The notes below the pieces were generated by a model that had not been told where the DNA came from, did no database searches, and worked only from the letters and a program-made list of their open reading frames with translations. Below, one piece after another: positions 17,106-26,105 of a stretch of 45,677 nucleotides of DNA (position 1 is its first letter; each line of letters opens with the position of its first letter). Both the position numbers and the translations under genes were made by a program. The stretch is from Candidatus Omnitrophota bacterium (GTDB lineage: Bacteria; Omnitrophota; Gorgyraeia; Gygaellales; Profunditerraquicolaceae): contig JAMWCI010000001.1 of NCBI GenBank assembly GCA_023818655.1, forward strand, positions 1 to 45,677. The letters are read 5' to 3'.

Positions 17106-17729
17106 CTATTTCTTAAGGTAAGGTTTTACGGCCAGATACACCTTCCGGGCAATCATCTTATAGCCCTTATCATTGGGGTGCAGAAAATCGCTTTTGAGAC
17201 TTGGGTTAGTAAGTATACCCTCAAGGATACTGGGGATAAAGATAACCCCAGACTTTTTGGCAATCTTGGAGAATTCCGCACGGTAACTTTTAAGAAAAAT
17301 CCCGGCGCTGGTATCGGCAATCGCCGCCATCGCGCCTCTATCCTGGATAAGGGTAATTATCTTCTTCATATTGCTGACAGTCTCTTCCATGGGAATCTTT
17401 TTTAAAAAATCATTTCCGCCAAATTCCACAATTACCAGCCGCGGGTTTTTTTCTAATACTGCGGATTCTATACGAGTAAGGGCGTCAGCGGTTGTGTCTC
17501 CGTCTACTCCGGCATTGATAACTTCTTCTCCCAGTAAATTAGCCAATAGGGAAGGATAATCTTCTCCCCGCTCCACGCCGTAACCAAAGGTGATACTGTC
17601 TCCAAAACAGATAATTATCTTGCCTGTAGAGTTGATATTCTTAACCTCGCGCTTTGCACAGGCAGGCATCAAGACAGAGCCGGCCGTTAATATAAGGACA
17701 AAAATTATATAAAGATTATTTTTCTTCAT
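17106..17729 (-). CDS. SGNH/GDSL hydrolase (TesA/arylesterase-like), exported
   Basis: It has a signal peptide and then block I (IICFGDSITFGYG), block III (EFGGNDF) and block V (DFLHPNDKGY). Confidence 0.8.
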   Translation of the reverse strand: MKKNNLYIIFVLILTAGSVLMPACAKREVKNINSTGKIIICFGDSITFGYGVERGEDYPSLLANLLGEEVINAGVDGDTTADALTRIESAVLEKNPRLVIVEFGGNDFLKKIPMEETVSNMKKIITLIQDRGAMAAIADTSAGIFLKSYRAEFSKIAKKSGVIFIPSILEGILTNPSLKSDFLHPNDKGYKMIARKVYLAVKPYLKK

Positions 17730-18747
17730 CTCTTAACCTTAACTGTCCGCAGGCTGCTTCTATATCCTGGCCCCGGCTTTTACGTAAAGTGACATGGATG
17801 CCCTGTCTTAAAAGCGCCTGCCGGAAAGAAAGTATTTCTATTTTATCAGGCGGATAGACGCCTAACTCCCTTACTGCATTTGCCGGGATAAGATTGACTT
17901 TACAGAGCCGCAAACCGCTTAACATCCTGGCCAGATTGTCTGCCTCTTGCAAGGTTGAATTAACCCCGGCGATTAAGATATATTCAAAGGTAATCTGGCG
18001 GCGGGTTTGCCGGATATAATCCTTGCAGACGCTTATCAATTCCGCCAGCGGATATCTTTTGTTAATCGGCATAAGTTTGGAACGTAACGTATCGGTAGCG
18101 GCATGCAAAGAAATCGATAGCTCCACCTGCATCCCCTCTTTTGCCATTTTTCTTATCCCCGGCACAAAACCCGCAGTAGATATAGTAATCCGGCGCGTTC
18201 CGATGTGAAGGCCGGCAGGAGAATTAATGATGCGTACGGCTTTAAAGAGATTGTCGTAATTATCTAAAGGCTCACCTGTGCCCATAAACACAATGTGCGT
18301 AAGATTAGCGTTTTTTAAGTATCCTTTTATGCGCAATACCTCATCAACAATCTCCGCGCAACTCAAGTTCCTCTTAAAACCCTGTATGCCGCTTGCGCAA
18401 AAAGAGCAGGCAAATTTGCATCCGACCTGCGTAGAGACGCATCCTGTAATCCTACGGGAGGCCGGGATTATCACTACTTCTATGACATAATTATCCTCTA
18501 ACCTAAGCAGCAGTTTTTCTGTTCCGTCGCAGGAGCTTGCTGTTCTTATTACTTTGGCCTGATTGAAAAAAAATTCCTCTGATAGTTTCCTCCTCAAAAC
18601 CAAAGGCAAGTCAGTCATCTGAGAAAATCCGGATACGCCCTTTTGGTAAATCCATGCGTATATCTGCCGGGCATGAAAATCAGGCAGACCAATCCTCATC
18701 ATAATCTTTTCCAACTCTTCCAGAGTTAACTCTCTAATATCTTGCAT
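17716..18747 (-). CDS. rlmN: 23S rRNA/tRNA adenine-C2 methyltransferase RlmN (radical SAM)
   Basis: 343 aa with FHARQIYAWIYQKG, the radical SAM cluster motif CKFACSFCASG, the region GTGEPLDN, and the conserved C-terminal DIEAACGQL. Confidence 0.9.
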   Translation of the reverse strand: MQDIRELTLEELEKIMMRIGLPDFHARQIYAWIYQKGVSGFSQMTDLPLVLRRKLSEEFFFNQAKVIRTASSCDGTEKLLLRLEDNYVIEVVIIPASRRITGCVSTQVGCKFACSFCASGIQGFKRNLSCAEIVDEVLRIKGYLKNANLTHIVFMGTGEPLDNYDNLFKAVRIINSPAGLHIGTRRITISTAGFVPGIRKMAKEGMQVELSISLHAATDTLRSKLMPINKRYPLAELISVCKDYIRQTRRQITFEYILIAGVNSTLQEADNLARMLSGLRLCKVNLIPANAVRELGVYPPDKIEILSFRQALLRQGIHVTLRKSRGQDIEAACGQLRLRDEEK

Positions 18748-18757
18748 CTTAGAGAAG

Positions 18758-20272
18758 CTATAGCCGGAGCTGTGCTGCGCCCCTGAGCGATTCCTTATCT
18801 ATCTTTCCTGTCCTGTTCTTGGGAAGGGCGCTGCGGAATTCAAAATAATGCGGTATTTTAAAGTGGGCTAAATGCTGACGACAGAAATAACGCATCTCCT
18901 CTTCGCTGACGCGGCTATTTTCTTTTAATACGATAAAGGCCTTGGGTACCTCTCCCCGCAATTTATCCGGAACGCCTACCACAGCTACCTCCACGACATC
19001 CGGATGTCTATGTATAACGCTCTCTACCTCTGGTTCAAAGACGATCTCGCCAGCCACTTTAATCATCTCTTTTTTTCTGCCTACGATGTAAAGGAATCCT
19101 TCTTCATCAAATTTACCCAAATCTCCGGTATGAAACCATCCGCCGCGCATAGTCTGGGAAGTAAGTTCTGGGTCCTTATAATAACCTTCAGTAACTACCC
19201 AGCCGCGCACAACTATCTCTCCTATTTCTCCATTCAAGACTTCCCGGTCATTATCATCCACTATCTTAAGCTCAATCCAGGGCGCAACCCTGCCTACGCT
19301 TTCAATTTTCTGTGAACCCTTAGGTAAAACCGCATTGGGCGCATTTGTCTCAGTCATCCCCCAGCCATGCAAGAGATGTGCGTTCGGACAATAAGTATGA
19401 AAACGACGCAGCTGTTCTGCCGAGCCGGGAGCGCCGAAAGAAACAATCCATTTCAGACTGGATAAATCAAAACTTTCAAATTCCTTTAGCTGCAAAAAGG
19501 CGTAATACATAGGAGGAACTAACCAAAAACAGGTTACTCTATAATCCTGCACATTCTTCAGGAATTCCAATGGGATAAACCTCTCCATCAGCACTACGGT
19601 GGTGCCGAAAAATATGGCGCTTTGCAAAAAAAGCATACCGCCCAAGTGAGAAAGAGGCAGGGCGCAAAGAGCAATATCTTCAGCTTTAAGCTCCGCAAAA
19701 TACTCCATCGCCTTGGGAGAGGCAGCAAGTTGCAGGTAGTTAATCAAAACCCCTTTGGGTTTTCCGGTTGTGCCAGAGGTATAAAAAATAATCGCCTGGT
19801 CCTTGTCATCTGCATCAATAGACGGAGGATTGACATTTGCCTTAGAAAGCAGTTTATCAAGACGCATATATCCATCGGTATGCTGGTCGCAAAAAATAAT
19901 GTATTCCAGTTTAGGACAACTCTTCTTGATTTTTTCCAGGCAGACGGTTGCTTTCGGCTTGGCAATCAATATTTTCGCCCCACAATGCGCTATGCAAGAA
20001 ACAAGCTCGTCTTCTGTAAGCATAAAATCAAGCGGCACAATGGTAGCTGCGGTACACCAGACGGCCAAATAACTGTAGAGATATTCCGGACAATTGGGCA
20101 AATAAACCGCAACCTTATCATTCCTCTTTACGCCTAAAATAGATAAGCTGCTTGCCAGACGAAACGATAACTCTTTTAGTTCTAAAAAACTGATGCGTTG
20201 CTCCTTAAAGATTATCGCGCTCTTTTCGGAAAAGGAAGTTGCGTTTTTCTGTAGAAGTTCTCTAATCTGCAT
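18758..20272 (-). CDS. AMP-forming acyl-CoA synthetase / ligase (ANL superfamily)
   Basis: It has the AMP-binding motif IIFYTSGTTGKPKGV, then WGMTE, HTGDLG, and a C-terminal PKNRTGKIDK. Confidence 0.85.
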   Translation of the reverse strand: MQIRELLQKNATSFSEKSAIIFKEQRISFLELKELSFRLASSLSILGVKRNDKVAVYLPNCPEYLYSYLAVWCTAATIVPLDFMLTEDELVSCIAHCGAKILIAKPKATVCLEKIKKSCPKLEYIIFCDQHTDGYMRLDKLLSKANVNPPSIDADDKDQAIIFYTSGTTGKPKGVLINYLQLAASPKAMEYFAELKAEDIALCALPLSHLGGMLFLQSAIFFGTTVVLMERFIPLEFLKNVQDYRVTCFWLVPPMYYAFLQLKEFESFDLSSLKWIVSFGAPGSAEQLRRFHTYCPNAHLLHGWGMTETNAPNAVLPKGSQKIESVGRVAPWIELKIVDDNDREVLNGEIGEIVVRGWVVTEGYYKDPELTSQTMRGGWFHTGDLGKFDEEGFLYIVGRKKEMIKVAGEIVFEPEVESVIHRHPDVVEVAVVGVPDKLRGEVPKAFIVLKENSRVSEEEMRYFCRQHLAHFKIPHYFEFRSALPKNRTGKIDKESLRGAAQLRL

Positions 20273-20277
20273 AGAAA

Positions 20278-21726
20278 TCAGAATCCGTACCAGTAACGAA
20301 CAATAGGTTGGGAATTTTCTGTCCTGTCGGTTAAAATACTCTTAAGCCGGGTATACTCAAGGAATCCTTCCTTGCCCAACTCTTTGCCAAAACCGCTTTG
20401 TTTAAACCCACCGTAAGGAACTTCATTGAAAAACATGCCGTAGGTATTTACCCAGATGGTTCCGGAATTGATTCTTCTGCTTATCTCCTGTGCAACCGAT
20501 ATATCTTTGGTCCAGATGCAGGCTGCCAAGCCAAAGCTTGAGTTATTGGCAAGCGTAATTGCCTCCTCTGTGTCGGAAAATCTATGGATAGTAACCACAG
20601 GGCCGAATATCTCTTCTTTAAATATGCTCATCTGCGGATGAACATCTGTGAATACAGTGGGCTCAAAAAAGAAACCCTTTTTTAAGGCCGGCTCATCCGG
20701 CGCCTTGCCACCGCACAATAATCTTGCCCCGGCCTTCTGTGTAAGACCGACATACTGGTATATCTTTTGACGTTGCGCCTCGGAAATTAGCGGTCCCATC
20801 TGAGTTTCGAAATCCTCCCCCGGACCTAGCTTTATGCGTTTTACCTTATCCACAAATTCATCGACGAATTTATTATAAATATCATCTTCCACCAAAAGGC
20901 GTGACATTGCCGTACACATCTGCCCTTGGTTGAGAAAGATAGAGCAGAGCGAACCGTTAACCGCCAGGTCTATATCCGCATCTTTTAAAACAAGACTGGC
21001 GGATTTTCCTCCTAATTCCATAAGCAGCTTCTTGGAGTATCTTGCCGCAAAACTAACTATCTCTCTTCCGACGCTATTACTGCCAGTAAAGGAAATCATG
21101 TCCACGCGATTATCAGAACAAAGCGCCTTGCCTATCTCTTGACCGCTTCCTACCACTATATTAAATACTCCTTTTGGCAAACCGGACCTCTCCACAATTT
21201 TCGCCAGTTCCAGCGCAGTAAGGGGCGTGAGACTGGAGGGTTTTAAAATTACGGTATTTCCCGCAGCAAGAGCCTGAGCTACTTTCCAGGAGGCGATTAA
21301 CAAAGGATAATTCCATGGCACAATCAATGCCGCTACGCCTAAAGGTTCTCTAATCAGCGCGGCGCTGGCTGAGGCAATCTGGGTCTTTATTTCCACCTTC
21401 TCTTCCACTAAATACTCCTGAAGGTGCTCGGCAAAATACTGAAAGGTTTGGGCGCTGGAGGGAATATCCATAAATGTAGATTCTTTAATGGGCTTTCCTG
21501 TGTTTATGGTCTCCAGCTGCGCCAAGGCTTGCGCATTCTCTAAAATTCCCTGGCTAATCTTAAGCAGAATCTCCTTGCGCTCGGCAAGAGAGAAATTCCT
21601 CCAAGGCCCAAGATCATAAGCCCGGCGCGCCTCTTCTAAGACAGCATCTACGGCATCCTTATCCGCGAGCCCAACCTCGCAAATAACTTCGCCATTGGAA
21701 GGATTGATTATCTTCTGGCTTTTCAT
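20278..21726 (-). CDS. NAD(P)+-dependent aldehyde dehydrogenase
   Basis: It has the ALDH catalytic motifs MELGGKSA (Glu) and FLNQGQMCTAMSR (Cys), the Rossmann region FTGSNSVG, and a C-terminal PYGGFKQSGFG. Confidence 0.9.
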   Translation of the reverse strand: MKSQKIINPSNGEVICEVGLADKDAVDAVLEEARRAYDLGPWRNFSLAERKEILLKISQGILENAQALAQLETINTGKPIKESTFMDIPSSAQTFQYFAEHLQEYLVEEKVEIKTQIASASAALIREPLGVAALIVPWNYPLLIASWKVAQALAAGNTVILKPSSLTPLTALELAKIVERSGLPKGVFNIVVGSGQEIGKALCSDNRVDMISFTGSNSVGREIVSFAARYSKKLLMELGGKSASLVLKDADIDLAVNGSLCSIFLNQGQMCTAMSRLLVEDDIYNKFVDEFVDKVKRIKLGPGEDFETQMGPLISEAQRQKIYQYVGLTQKAGARLLCGGKAPDEPALKKGFFFEPTVFTDVHPQMSIFKEEIFGPVVTIHRFSDTEEAITLANNSSFGLAACIWTKDISVAQEISRRINSGTIWVNTYGMFFNEVPYGGFKQSGFGKELGKEGFLEYTRLKSILTDRTENSQPIVRYWYGF

Positions 21727-22733
21727 TTGAATTTCACCTGCCTAAATATGGAAAAAAGCCGAGTAAAAGGCACATACCACTTGGAAAGCTGGCCCAGCTG
21801 GCCTGATAATTTCATCTTCCCTTGGGTAACCGCCACAAAAGAATCCAGTTTACCTAAAAAGACCTGCTCCCAGATATCTCTCGGTGCGGAAATTACAAAA
21901 GGGGCATTGGCATCAAAATCTAAGCACACAATCTTTCCTTTTTCAAAATTGAATTTATAAGCAGAATCAGAGCCGTCCATCTTTATGGCCAGTTGCACGG
22001 TCAAATCCAGCTCTTTTCCTTTTTGGGCGATAAACTCATCCTTGTTGACCAAATCCACAATTGCCTGGATATGCTCCCGGGAAAACATCGGATATGCTGC
22101 TTCTTGTCTGGTGAGTTCTTCTTTCAGGCCGTTATCTAAATCGTCAAAGGCCTCTTTATTAAAGAGTCTGGCAATAGCAGCGCTTTTGACTGCCTCCTCC
22201 AACGCCTCAATCAACGTCAGGGCATCTTTAAAATTCTGTCCTATAACTACTACACCATGGTTTTTCAGCACTACCAGATTATTTGACTTTAAGGCATTAA
22301 TAACCGGCTGGGGCTGTGTGACAGTAGGAGTTTCCTGTTTTACAGACGGAACTTCGCCTAAATAAAGTTTAGTTTCAAAGGTCAACGCCTTTAACGAATC
22401 GTAAACGCTAAAATACCCGTTTATCAAAGGAGGATGACAATGCACTACTACCTGAACAGGAAAATTTTTGTAAACTAAGCTATGCAGCGGAAGTTCTGAA
22501 CTGGGATTTTTAGAATCGAGGGACTCTCCGCTGGCTAAACTAACTCTGACAATATCTTCGGGCGTCAAATCGCCCAGAGAGGTTCCGGTAGCGGTAATAA
22601 GGATATTGTATTCGTCAATTCTGCAGCTGAGATTGCCTGAATTAGCTACTGCCAGGCCTGCTTCATACAGCCGCCTGCCTACTCTAATAATCTCTTCCTT
22701 CAATCTTCCTCCGGATTCCGGGATACGATACAA
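21723..22733 (-). CDS. Class II aldolase/adducin-fold enzyme fused to a C-terminal SCP2 (sterol-carrier-like) domain
   Basis: N-terminal residues 1 to about 200 show the aldolase-II pattern (NSGNLSCRIDE..ILITATGTSLGDLTPEDIV .. SSELPLHSLVY .. VVVHCHPP .. VLKNHGVVVIG). C-terminal residues about 235-336 show an SCP2 pattern (..FVISAPRDIWEQVFLGKLDSFVAVTQGKMKLSGQLGQLSKW). The start is uncertain: the longest ORF begins at a TTG and there is no nearby ATG. Confidence 0.7.
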   Translation of the reverse strand: MYRIPESGGRLKEEIIRVGRRLYEAGLAVANSGNLSCRIDEYNILITATGTSLGDLTPEDIVRVSLASGESLDSKNPSSELPLHSLVYKNFPVQVVVHCHPPLINGYFSVYDSLKALTFETKLYLGEVPSVKQETPTVTQPQPVINALKSNNLVVLKNHGVVVIGQNFKDALTLIEALEEAVKSAAIARLFNKEAFDDLDNGLKEELTRQEAAYPMFSREHIQAIVDLVNKDEFIAQKGKELDLTVQLAIKMDGSDSAYKFNFEKGKIVCLDFDANAPFVISAPRDIWEQVFLGKLDSFVAVTQGKMKLSGQLGQLSKWYVPFTRLFSIFRQVKFK

Positions 22734-22736
22734 TTT

Positions 22737-23708
22737 TCAATTTTTGCTTTGGTTTAAAAGGTGAACAACATCCCCGATATTCAAATAAATATGCTTGGTG
22801 ATTAAATTGCTGGGTGTTATGTCAAACGCCGGATAATATCCCTTGACTCCCTTTGGCGCAATAGAGATGCCGCAAAATTCCAATAATTCCCCCTCTGGAC
22901 GGATTTCAAGTTGAATATCCTCTCCTGTTTTAGCAAGAGAGACTGGAGAACAAAGCACATAAAAAGGAATCTTAAAATAATCTGCCATAATGGCAATCTG
23001 GTATGTTCCTATCTTATTGGCGATATCGCCGTTTTGGGCTAAGTTATCCGCGCCAACTATGACTTTGGAAATTTTTCCTTCCTTCATCACCTCTGCTACC
23101 ATATTATCGGCGATAACAGTGACATTACACCCTGCCTTTTTTAGTTCCCATGCAGTAAGACGGCTGCCCTGCAAATAAGGACGGGTCTCCGTAACAAAAA
23201 AACTTACGGATTTATTTTGCTGGCGGCATAATCTGGCAATTAAAGGCATAAGCCCGCTGACATTGCAATGGGTAAGAATTGTATCCTTATCGTCTATTAA
23301 TCCACTACATTCCTTTGCCTGCTCTATGCGTTTTGCCTTTAATCCTTCCAAAAAATTCAAGATGCCATTATCCAGCCGGACACCTTGCTTATGTAAACCA
23401 ATGGCAAGGTCAGTTAAAAACTTAAAAGATAGCGTTGGCCGAACGCTATTGAAGGCATCGGCAACATTAGACAGAATCTGAGCAATATTTTTTTTGTTCT
23501 GGTTTCGCCTGTATTCCAATAAAAAGGAATACATCACCAGCAATACCTGACCTATAGCGCGGGTCTTCATCTGTTTAATTGCCGATACCGCCTGTTTGTA
23601 ATTTCCTACTTTGATATATTTTAATTTATGCGGCAGCAATGTCTCATCTAAGATATAAATAAATTTACCTTTCAATTTCACCGGCCAAAACAAAGGAGAA
23701 TATTTCAT
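22737..23708 (-). CDS. eIF-2B alpha/beta/delta-family sugar-phosphate isomerase (MtnA-like; methylthioribose-1-P / 5-deoxyribose-1-P isomerase candidate)
   Basis: It has ILDETLLP near the N-terminus, ILTHCNVSGL (the catalytic Cys context of MtnA), and VIVGADNLAQNGDIANKIGTYQIA (the catalytic Asp context). Confidence 0.7.
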   Translation of the reverse strand: MKYSPLFWPVKLKGKFIYILDETLLPHKLKYIKVGNYKQAVSAIKQMKTRAIGQVLLVMYSFLLEYRRNQNKKNIAQILSNVADAFNSVRPTLSFKFLTDLAIGLHKQGVRLDNGILNFLEGLKAKRIEQAKECSGLIDDKDTILTHCNVSGLMPLIARLCRQQNKSVSFFVTETRPYLQGSRLTAWELKKAGCNVTVIADNMVAEVMKEGKISKVIVGADNLAQNGDIANKIGTYQIAIMADYFKIPFYVLCSPVSLAKTGEDIQLEIRPEGELLEFCGISIAPKGVKGYYPAFDITPSNLITKHIYLNIGDVVHLLNQSKN

Positions 23709-24457
23709 ATCCTTCCTTCTAACTTCTTTACCGTTGCCAGTCCGATATTAATCAGATTTGTCTCTGCCATATAATAAAGCGGATTCATAAAACCCATCTC
23801 TCCGGTTACGACATTGTCGCTGACTGCAAGGATTGAACCTGCTTTTACCTTATGCAGCTGCGCAATAGTCAGGAGCGCTGAAGAAACCATATCCACGGCA
23901 ATTGCGCCTTCTCTACGCCTGGCCTCCACAATCTGACGCGTCTCCCGCAATAACGCATCCGTAGTCCAGACAATCCCTCGATGGATATTTACGCCTAAGT
24001 CTTTGGCAACTTCATACAAGGTGTCGGAGATTGTTTTGTCAGCCACAGTTTGAAAATTCTCATCTACATAGTAAGGCGTTACCCCATCTCCTCGGATAAC
24101 CTTATCCACAATCACCAGATCGCCTATCTTGATATTATCATCCAAAGCCCCGCAGGTTCCGATGCGGATAATATTTTGTATGCCGGCATTGCACATCACC
24201 TCGGTGGTAATAGAGGTATCTGTGGAGAATCTACCGCCATTAATGGCGGTAATTCTTATCCCCTCATAGACGCCGGTATACATAGTGTATTCCATAAAAG
24301 AAAAATTGCGCACTGGATTCTCTATTTTTTTTACCAAGACTTCCAAACGGTCCTTTGGTCCGGGCACTATGGCATATTTGCCCACATCCTGAGGCCTCAA
24401 CTGCACCATATTGGTTAAATCTTTTCCGGTTAAATGAACATCCTTCTGCATCTGCAT
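23705..24457 (-). CDS. Nucleoside phosphorylase, NP-I (DeoD/Udp-like) family
   Basis: 250 aa with the pattern AIVPGPKDR .. YTGVYEGIRITAINGGRFSTDTSITTEVMCNAGIQNIIRIGTCGAL .. GDLVIVDK, typical of hexameric purine/uridine phosphorylases. Substrate cannot be read from the sequence. Confidence 0.7.
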   Translation of the reverse strand: MQMQKDVHLTGKDLTNMVQLRPQDVGKYAIVPGPKDRLEVLVKKIENPVRNFSFMEYTMYTGVYEGIRITAINGGRFSTDTSITTEVMCNAGIQNIIRIGTCGALDDNIKIGDLVIVDKVIRGDGVTPYYVDENFQTVADKTISDTLYEVAKDLGVNIHRGIVWTTDALLRETRQIVEARRREGAIAVDMVSSALLTIAQLHKVKAGSILAVSDNVVTGEMGFMNPLYYMAETNLINIGLATVKKLEGRI

Positions 24458-24474
24458 ATCGCCTGTCTCCTTTG

Positions 24475-25128
24475 TTATCCGGTATAACCTATGGGAATAA
24501 TATATACGGGCTCTTCCTCTTTTCCTAGAGAAAGAATCTTTTTTACCTGACTGTTATCAAATGCTCCGATAGGGACAGACCCCAATCCCAGAGCTGTTGC
24601 TTCCAGATGGAGATTCTGGGCTACATGCCCTACTTCTATATCCACATATTGTCTCCCGCGCTCTCCATACTTAGATGTGACACGCCGATAGACCGCGCAA
24701 ACCACGACATTAACCGGCGCCTGAACTATTGCGCCCTGTCCAAAAGCAGAGTTAGCCAGAGGGATTCTCAAGTCAGAGGAACTTAATTGTTCTATGCGGT
24801 GTCCTTCCGGAAGATAATGATACAGGCCGTCTTTAGTCAATAAATAAATTTCTATCGGGTATAATGCGCCGGCAGAAGGCGCGCTACGTAGACTATGATT
24901 ACCTTTTTTAGCGGTTATGCCCTGAGCTGCCCAGAGAAGTTGACTGATTTGCTCAAAGGTTAGGTCTCTGGCTATAAACCTGCGTTGAGAACGTCTCTTT
25001 AGAATTGCCTCTTCCAGAGAAATCTTGCCTTTTGTTGCCGGATCAGGCAACTGAATTATCTCTCCAGCCATAACTCCTCCCGGATTCAATAAAAACACGC
25101 AAACCAATATCGCTGTGTATCCTCTCAT
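24475..25128 (-). CDS. SagB-type / nitroreductase-family flavoprotein with an N-terminal signal peptide or anchor
   Basis: It has RRSQRRF, LLWAAQGIT, LRSAPSAGALYPIEIYL, VGHVAQNLHLEATALGLG and a C-terminal PIGY. The N-terminal hydrophobic segment is TAILVCVFLLNPGGVMA. I call the ATG at 25128, because the track start at 25131 is a TTG. Confidence 0.7.
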   Translation of the reverse strand: MRGYTAILVCVFLLNPGGVMAGEIIQLPDPATKGKISLEEAILKRRSQRRFIARDLTFEQISQLLWAAQGITAKKGNHSLRSAPSAGALYPIEIYLLTKDGLYHYLPEGHRIEQLSSSDLRIPLANSAFGQGAIVQAPVNVVVCAVYRRVTSKYGERGRQYVDIEVGHVAQNLHLEATALGLGSVPIGAFDNSQVKKILSLGKEEEPVYIIPIGYTG

Positions 25129-25175
25129 CAACGTACTTCTGCCTATCCTGCGTTCATTCCAAACAGTATTTAGTT

Positions 25176-26105
25176 TTATGGCGACGATGACAAAGAAAAG
25201 GCTAACAGGCTTTCTAAATTCCTGCCTAAAATATTATTTTTATCTTCCTCTGAAATCGCTAATTCTCTGACTGCTCCGATGGAGTTGCTAATATCTTTTT
25301 TAGCTGGCCAGTCGCTACCCCAGAGTATATGCCTTGGCCCAAATAATTCAAGCGCCAAAAGAAAATTTGCCTTTGTCTTATCTCCGCCGGTATCCACATA
25401 GATATTCTTTAAATAATCCGAGGGGTTACCTTTTAAATCCTTTACGAAATTAATGCTGCGCAGCATAGAATAGGTGGCGTCAAATCTGTGCTGCAAAAAA
25501 GGTATTACCCCGGCAAAATGGGCAAAGATGAATTTAAGGTCATAATAATCGCGCAGGATATCGCTCATCAGGAGCTTGCCCGCGCTTAAGGTGATATCAA
25601 AAACATACCCAATCACCGGGGTTAAAAGCGGATCCTGCAACCGCTCTGCTCCTATAGGGTTTACAATCTGGGCATGTACAAAGATGGGAATCTTCTTCTG
25701 ACGGGCAATATTGTATACAGGAAGAAAACGCTGGTCATCCAGATATATTCCGTTGTAACTTGAGGCTAGGGAAATCGCCTTAAATCCCAACTCTTCAGTC
25801 GCTCTCTTTAACTCCTCGCACATATCTTTCGGATTATCTATAGGCAGCATTGCCGCACCGATGAATCGGTGAGGATAGCGCTTAATGATTTTGGCGACAT
25901 TATCGTTGTAGATACAAGCTGTCCGGGAAACGCTACCTATTTTCAGGTGCGCATCTGAAGTAGGATAGGAAAGCACAGCCTTGCTGATGCCTGCCTCATC
26001 CATAGCCTTAAGCTGGGCTTCGATATCGCCCCAGCCCTTGTGAAAGAAATGGGCGTTGGTTATAATCTCTTCGGGTAACCAGTGGGCATGGCTATCTATT
26101 ATCAT
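25176..26105 (-). CDS. Amidohydrolase-2 family metal-dependent hydrolase/decarboxylase (ACMSD-like)
   Basis: It begins MIIDSHAHWLPEE, the metal-binding HxH at the start. The C-terminal LWGSDWP is typical of the amidohydrolase-2 fold. Confidence 0.8.
   Translation of the reverse strand: MIIDSHAHWLPEEIITNAHFFHKGWGDIEAQLKAMDEAGISKAVLSYPTSDAHLKIGSVSRTACIYNDNVAKIIKRYPHRFIGAAMLPIDNPKDMCEELKRATEELGFKAISLASSYNGIYLDDQRFLPVYNIARQKKIPIFVHAQIVNPIGAERLQDPLLTPVIGYVFDITLSAGKLLMSDILRDYYDLKFIFAHFAGVIPFLQHRFDATYSMLRSINFVKDLKGNPSDYLKNIYVDTGGDKTKANFLLALELFGPRHILWGSDWPAKKDISNSIGAVRELAISEEDKNNILGRNLESLLAFSLSSSP

Noticed and set aside
22737-23708. The eIF-2B-family isomerase as ribose-1,5-bisphosphate isomerase of an AMP/RuBisCO pathway
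   Set aside because: The window has no RuBisCO or AMP phosphorylase. The flanking class II aldolase fits the DHAP-shunt reading better. This cannot be excluded without phylogeny.
24475-25131. SagB-type dehydrogenase as a marker of a thiazole/oxazole-modified peptide (TOMM) cluster
   Set aside because: The window has no YcaO cyclodehydratase, no E1-like partner and no plausible Cys/Ser/Thr-rich precursor ORF. Stand-alone SagB-like nitroreductases are common.
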